From NCBI GenBank assembly GCA_031424845.1, contig JANPIF010000117.1:1-55294 (forward strand): DNA of 55,294 bases, given 5' to 3'. This DNA is from Ferruginibacter sp. (GTDB lineage: Bacteria; Bacteroidota; Bacteroidia; Chitinophagales; Chitinophagaceae). The position numbers and the translations under genes were made by a program. The notes under the pieces were generated by a model. That model made no database searches, had not been told where the DNA came from, and saw nothing but the letters and a program-made list of their open reading frames with translations. Below, in pieces: positions 50,632-55,294 of the stretch. The first letter of the stretch is position 1, and every line of letters begins with the position of its first letter.

Positions 50632-52113
50632 TTGTATCAAATTGTCAATCAACAATTTGTTCAATCAAGCAGTGTGAGAATATCAGCCGTTATATTCCTT
50701 TTTTTTACCGCAATTAACCTTACATCTATTTGTTTTGGTCAAACAGATACTGCTTTACATTCCCTCAGTAAAATTTCTACAAAGCATTTACAGGGCGTAA
50801 ATAACAAACTTGATAAATACAGCAATCGCATAACTTCTAAAACAGAAAAAACACTTACTAAACTAAGTAAGTGGGAAAATAAAATTCACAACCTCCTACA
50901 AAAAGCAGATCCCGCAACAGCAGATCGGTTGTTTGGTAATGGAGCCATAACTTTTAGCAGTATGCTGCAAAAGTTTAAAGAGGGTAAAATTGTAACAGAA
51001 AATTACAAAGCACAGTACGATGATTACAGAGATAAACTTACTACAGGTATTAGATACATGGACGTACAAAAAGAGCAGTTAGATGTGAAACTTATAAAGC
51101 CATTAAATGAAGCAAAACAAAAAATAAAAGAACTTGATAATGATGTTGCCGAAAGTGAGGTAGTAACAAAACTGATGAAAGAAAGAAAGCAACAACTTTT
51201 ATCTGCTTCAATAAAATATATTGGTAAAAGTAAATACCTCACTAAAATAAATAAAGAATCCTATTACTACGCTGAAACGATGCGTAATTACAAAGACATA
51301 TTTAACGACCCAAAAAAAGCTGAAGAAACTGCATTAACCATCTTAAATAAAATACCTGCATTTACAAAATTTGTTGCAGAGAACAGTATGCTTGCTTCCT
51401 TATTTGGCAAGCCTGCTGATTATGGCAGCCCGCAAAGCCTTGCAGGGTTACAGACGAGAACAAGTGTAAATAACATGATACAAGACAGAATAGCAGCAGG
51501 TGGACCAAATGCAGCTGCAAGCGTTTCTCAAAATATACAGCAGGCGCAGGCAGAACTACAAAATTTAAAAGATAAAATTCTTAAAGCAGGGGGCGGTAGT
51601 ACAAACACTGAAATGCCCGATTTTAAACCTAACAATCAAAAATCAAAAACCCTAAAACAAAGACTTGAATTTGGCAGCAATTTTCAGTTTGGAAAACCTA
51701 CAAGGTTTTCAAGTTCTCAGGCAAACATAGGATTGAGTATTGGATATAAAATGAATGATAAAAGCACTACAGGTTTTGGCGTTGCCTATAAAATGGGCTA
51801 TGGAAATATTAGCCATTTACGCATTACACATGAAGGATTAGGATTAAGAAGCTTTATCGATTACAAACTAAAAAAACAATTTTTTGTAAGCGGTGGTTTT
51901 GAAATGAATTACGCTACTGTATTTACAAATATCAGAAGCCTGCAAAGCAGCAACGAATGGCAAAGCAGTGGCTTAATAGGTATAACTAAAAAGATAAAAC
52001 TAAAAACTAAATATGTGAAGGGCACAAATTTTCAGTTGTTGTATGATGTGTTGTACAAAACGCATGCAGTGCCTACACAACCAATCGTTTTTAGAACAGG
52101 ATACAACTTTTAA
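50632..52113 (+). CDS. Exported hypothetical protein: helical N-terminus plus probable outer-membrane beta-barrel
   Basis: Signal-like segment, coiled coils, amphipathic beta strands, terminal FRTGYNF. Confidence 0.65.
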   Translation: MYQIVNQQFVQSSSVRISAVIFLFFTAINLTSICFGQTDTALHSLSKISTKHLQGVNNKLDKYSNRITSKTEKTLTKLSKWENKIHNLLQKADPATADRLFGNGAITFSSMLQKFKEGKIVTENYKAQYDDYRDKLTTGIRYMDVQKEQLDVKLIKPLNEAKQKIKELDNDVAESEVVTKLMKERKQQLLSASIKYIGKSKYLTKINKESYYYAETMRNYKDIFNDPKKAEETALTILNKIPAFTKFVAENSMLASLFGKPADYGSPQSLAGLQTRTSVNNMIQDRIAAGGPNAAASVSQNIQQAQAELQNLKDKILKAGGGSTNTEMPDFKPNNQKSKTLKQRLEFGSNFQFGKPTRFSSSQANIGLSIGYKMNDKSTTGFGVAYKMGYGNISHLRITHEGLGLRSFIDYKLKKQFFVSGGFEMNYATVFTNIRSLQSSNEWQSSGLIGITKKIKLKTKYVKGTNFQLLYDVLYKTHAVPTQPIVFRTGYNF

Positions 52114-52213
52114 AAAGATACTGTTACAATAAAAAGACAAGTTGTTTTGTATAGTAAAATTCACTTTTGCACGTAACGACTAATCTTAAAACTTTAATTA
52201 AAAAAACTAGCGT

Positions 52214-55200
52214 ATGAAATTATTCGTGTTATTAATTTTCTTGTTGGTAAATATAATTTCAAATGGACAGAGTGCTACAAATGCAGCACTACCGAAAATA
52301 ATACCAACATCACCTGAAGTTGCTTCACTTGGAAAATATGGAGAAATTCCTATTGGTTATCAAACAGGCACAGCTAATATTAGCATTCCTTTAGCTTCCT
52401 TACAACAAGCAGACATTTCATTAAATGTCTCATTAAATTATCATACTGGTGGAAATAAAGTGGAAGAAATTGCATCAAGTGTAGGTATGGGCTGGAGTTT
52501 ACAAAATGTTGGAGGAACAATTTCAAGAACCCAAAGGGGGTTGCCAGATGAAGAATACTTTTATGGATATTTTAGAAACCATCCAAAAGCAACTAAATAT
52601 TTTAATGGTCTAATGAGTGGATTGGAAGAAAAGGAATATATAGAAAATATAGTATGTGGATATATGGATGGCGAAGCTGATATTTTTTATCTGAATATTG
52701 AAGGATTTTCAGGCAAATTTTTTATGGCTAGCGATAGCAATTTTCATACAATACCAAAATCAAACCTGAAAATAAATTTTGACTCCAATCTATGGACAAT
52801 TGTAAATGAAAAAGGAAATAAATACTATTTTAATTTGTATGAAAGAACAACTGTAGAACCTTATTGTAATGGAAGTAATAATAGCCTAATGGAAAGTATA
52901 AATGCTTGGCATGTAACCAAAATTATAGATAAATCAAATGATAGTTTAATATTTAATTATTATTATGAACTTACTCAAAGGATGATGTTAGGAAATGACG
53001 AATATAGTTTAGTCTTGGGAGGAAATAGTGATTATCCAAATTGTATTGCATCAAATTTAGAAAGAAATTATTGTATGAACGATGTAAAAAATAGTGGATA
53101 TAAAGTTGTACAAATTAAATCTAAACTTGGAAGAATTATATTTATACCTAATTCAACCACAAGACAAGACTTTATAGGATCATACGCTTTAGATTATATA
53201 GCACAATTGAATAATAATAATGATACCATAAAAAAAGTAAAATTCTACACTAGTTATTTTAACGGTAATAGATTGAGATTAGACAGTATTAAAGAGCAAA
53301 AGGTATTAGACAAAAGTACCACACATTCATTTGTATATAATGAGAATATTGCTTTCCCAGATCTATTATCTAGTAGCCAAGACTATTGGGGTTTTTACAA
53401 TGGTGCTCCAAATAATACCTTAGTACAATACCAAACAACGCAAACTGGTCCATATGTTGGGGCTAATAGAAATGCAAATCCCAATTATTCGAAAGTTGGT
53501 ATTTTGGAGCAGATTAAATATCCCACAGGCGGAAGAGCGGAATTTGTATATGAAAACAATGTATATTCAAAAGATAGAATTCCCGGATTAGATTTTGAAG
53601 AACTTGCTACTTATTTTAGCTTTAACGGTAGTAATGCAAGTCCTTCAAACAATCCAGCTGTAACATCTTCAAATTTTGAGGTTAATCAAAATGATATTAT
53701 TTCTGCCCTTGGTTATCTTGTTGTAAAAATAGATTTAACCTATAACTGTGCAAATCCAAATTTACTTAATCAGTTTTTTTTATCAGTTGTAGGAAGTAAT
53801 GGATATTCTAATAATCATGTTAGCAATGGCGATGTATTAAATCTCCCTACTGGATTATATACAGTAACAGGAACTATAGAAACAGAATACGTCAATATGC
53901 CATATTGCACATTCAATGTCAATTTATTAAAAGTAAAATGGGATACTAGAAATAAAAAGAATTATTACGGAGGAGGATTAAGGATTACAAGGATTAAAAA
54001 ATATGATGAAAATACTACATTTCCACTTATTGATTCATTTATTTATAGTTATCCAAACGATACGATTAGCAGTGGTTTTTTAAGTGGAGAAAAACCTATA
54101 GCATTCCCCTATGAAACAACTAGATTTATTTTAGGTTATGGTAATTTTATACCGTGTTTTTTTAAAAATTATAGTGCATCTTCTACGTATCCCTTGTTAG
54201 AAACATCAGGGAAACCTGTTGTTTATGAATATGTAGAAAAAAAAGAGATTCTTAGTCTTAGTGGTAACAATGGGAATACCCTTAAACAATTTAACACTTA
54301 CAATAATCATCCTGATATTGTTTATATAGGATTTCCTTTTTTACCCGCAGAAGATCATAGCTGGCGGAGAGGGAATTTAATTTCAGAAAAGACCAGTAAG
54401 TTTTTGACACCTACTACGAATAGCTTAATTAATGAAACTAAAAAAGGATATGTTTCGTATGATGATAATATTTCAAATCCTAATTTAGCAATTTCCAGAA
54501 ATATAAAAGTGGGAATTCTTGATAGTTATAATTTTCTTGACTGTTCTACAAGCTTTGAATATTTATGGAATGATCGTGCTTTTAGTTTAATAATCGGCGC
54601 ATACCGAAACATTACAGAGCCATTTTCCATTAAATCAGATACAAGTATTGTATATAGCAATAACAATTCTTTACAAACCATAAAACAATTTGGATTTAAC
54701 GATAAAAATTATATACATTTTTCGGATTCAGTAAAGAATAGTAAAAACGAAACTATAATAACGAAATCAAAATTTGCAAAGGATTATACCAACAATATAA
54801 CATTAAACAATTTTGCTAGTAAACTCCTAGAAAAAAACAGGGTGGTGGAGCCAATTGAACAGCTTTATATATTTACAAAAAATGGACAAACGTATTTAAA
54901 AAGAGCAGAATTTACATCCTATAACATTTCAACACTTTTGCCTGATAGTGTTTTTGTTTTTGAAATAACGCAATCTATTTTATTAAGTACTTTTTTAGAA
55001 AGTTCTTTAAATACAAGTGGGCAATTTGTAAAAGATTCAAGGTATAAATTGAAGATAGTATTTAGTAAATATGATGCAGCTAGAAATGTTACGGAAGTAA
55101 AAAAGGAAAATGATGAACCCATTACTTATTTATATGGGTACAAAAATTCTTATCCTGTAGCGCAAGTTATTGGCTCCAATCATTCTACTGTAAGTAATTT

Positions 55201-55294
55201 AATCAATCAATCGATATTAGATAACCCTTCAAATGCTCAAATACTTCGTACAGAACTTGATAAAATACGAACAGGCTTAGCAGGAACAAATGCG
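52214..55294 (+). CDS. RHS/YD-repeat-associated secreted protein, truncated by window end (absent from ORF track)
   Basis: ATG 52214 MKLFVLLIF...; IIPTSPEVASLGKYGEIPIGYQTG..NISIPL, VGMGWSL, QDYWGFYNG, YPTGG, GGGLRI, YD..RN; same frame at base 55294. Confidence 0.8.
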   Translation, partial: MKLFVLLIFLLVNIISNGQSATNAALPKIIPTSPEVASLGKYGEIPIGYQTGTANISIPLASLQQADISLNVSLNYHTGGNKVEEIASSVGMGWSLQNVGGTISRTQRGLPDEEYFYGYFRNHPKATKYFNGLMSGLEEKEYIENIVCGYMDGEADIFYLNIEGFSGKFFMASDSNFHTIPKSNLKINFDSNLWTIVNEKGNKYYFNLYERTTVEPYCNGSNNSLMESINAWHVTKIIDKSNDSLIFNYYYELTQRMMLGNDEYSLVLGGNSDYPNCIASNLERNYCMNDVKNSGYKVVQIKSKLGRIIFIPNSTTRQDFIGSYALDYIAQLNNNNDTIKKVKFYTSYFNGNRLRLDSIKEQKVLDKSTTHSFVYNENIAFPDLLSSSQDYWGFYNGAPNNTLVQYQTTQTGPYVGANRNANPNYSKVGILEQIKYPTGGRAEFVYENNVYSKDRIPGLDFEELATYFSFNGSNASPSNNPAVTSSNFEVNQNDIISALGYLVVKIDLTYNCANPNLLNQFFLSVVGSNGYSNNHVSNGDVLNLPTGLYTVTGTIETEYVNMPYCTFNVNLLKVKWDTRNKKNYYGGGLRITRIKKYDENTTFPLIDSFIYSYPNDTISSGFLSGEKPIAFPYETTRFILGYGNFIPCFFKNYSASSTYPLLETSGKPVVYEYVEKKEILSLSGNNGNTLKQFNTYNNHPDIVYIGFPFLPAEDHSWRRGNLISEKTSKFLTPTTNSLINETKKGYVSYDDNISNPNLAISRNIKVGILDSYNFLDCSTSFEYLWNDRAFSLIIGAYRNITEPFSIKSDTSIVYSNNNSLQTIKQFGFNDKNYIHFSDSVKNSKNETIITKSKFAKDYTNNITLNNFASKLLEKNRVVEPIEQLYIFTKNGQTYLKRAEFTSYNISTLLPDSVFVFEITQSILLSTFLESSLNTSGQFVKDSRYKLKIVFSKYDAARNVTEVKKENDEPITYLYGYKNSYPVAQVIGSNHSTVSNLINQSILDNPSNAQILRTELDKIRTGLAGTNA

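Noticed and set aside
1-55294. Retron, DGR, group II intron, IS or prophage
   Set aside because: No reverse transcriptase, transposase or phage structural motifs recognised in any ORF

Overview
AT-rich Bacteroidota (Chitinophagaceae-like) chromosomal window; the taxon is inferred from a T9SS-tailed protease, a TAnnTTTG promoter and Bacteroidota-type integrase and RHS genes. 1-8.2 kb looks like host backbone: S8 protease, LEA-like protein, stop-interrupted KilA-N gene, rmuC, lipoprotein, Cu-storage protein. About 8.29-50.35 kb is an integrated island bounded by two tRNA-3'-end-like junctions with a large serine recombinase at the right end. Its roughly 28 cargo genes all lie on the minus strand and form a dense anti-phage defence array. 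(i) An AAA ATPase + WYL regulator with a palindromic operator. (ii) A DISARM-related (ARMADA-like) YprA/DUF1998 helicase + SNF2 helicase + m6A methyltransferase, with a Doc-family toxin inserted. The helicase carries an extra C-terminal Phd-like helix, a candidate antitoxin fused to the defence enzyme and the top finding. (iii) C39-like protease, FRG, MBL and degenerate-PLD genes. (iv) A translationally coupled GmrSD + DPxG protein + twin-PLD + SNF2 (+ in-frame HNH) module. (v) An MPG-glycosylase-like / agmatine-deiminase-like pair followed by several nucleases. After 50.6 kb a beta-barrel-like gene and an RHS/YD-type gene run off the window. Family calls come from motifs read by eye; no database search was run.
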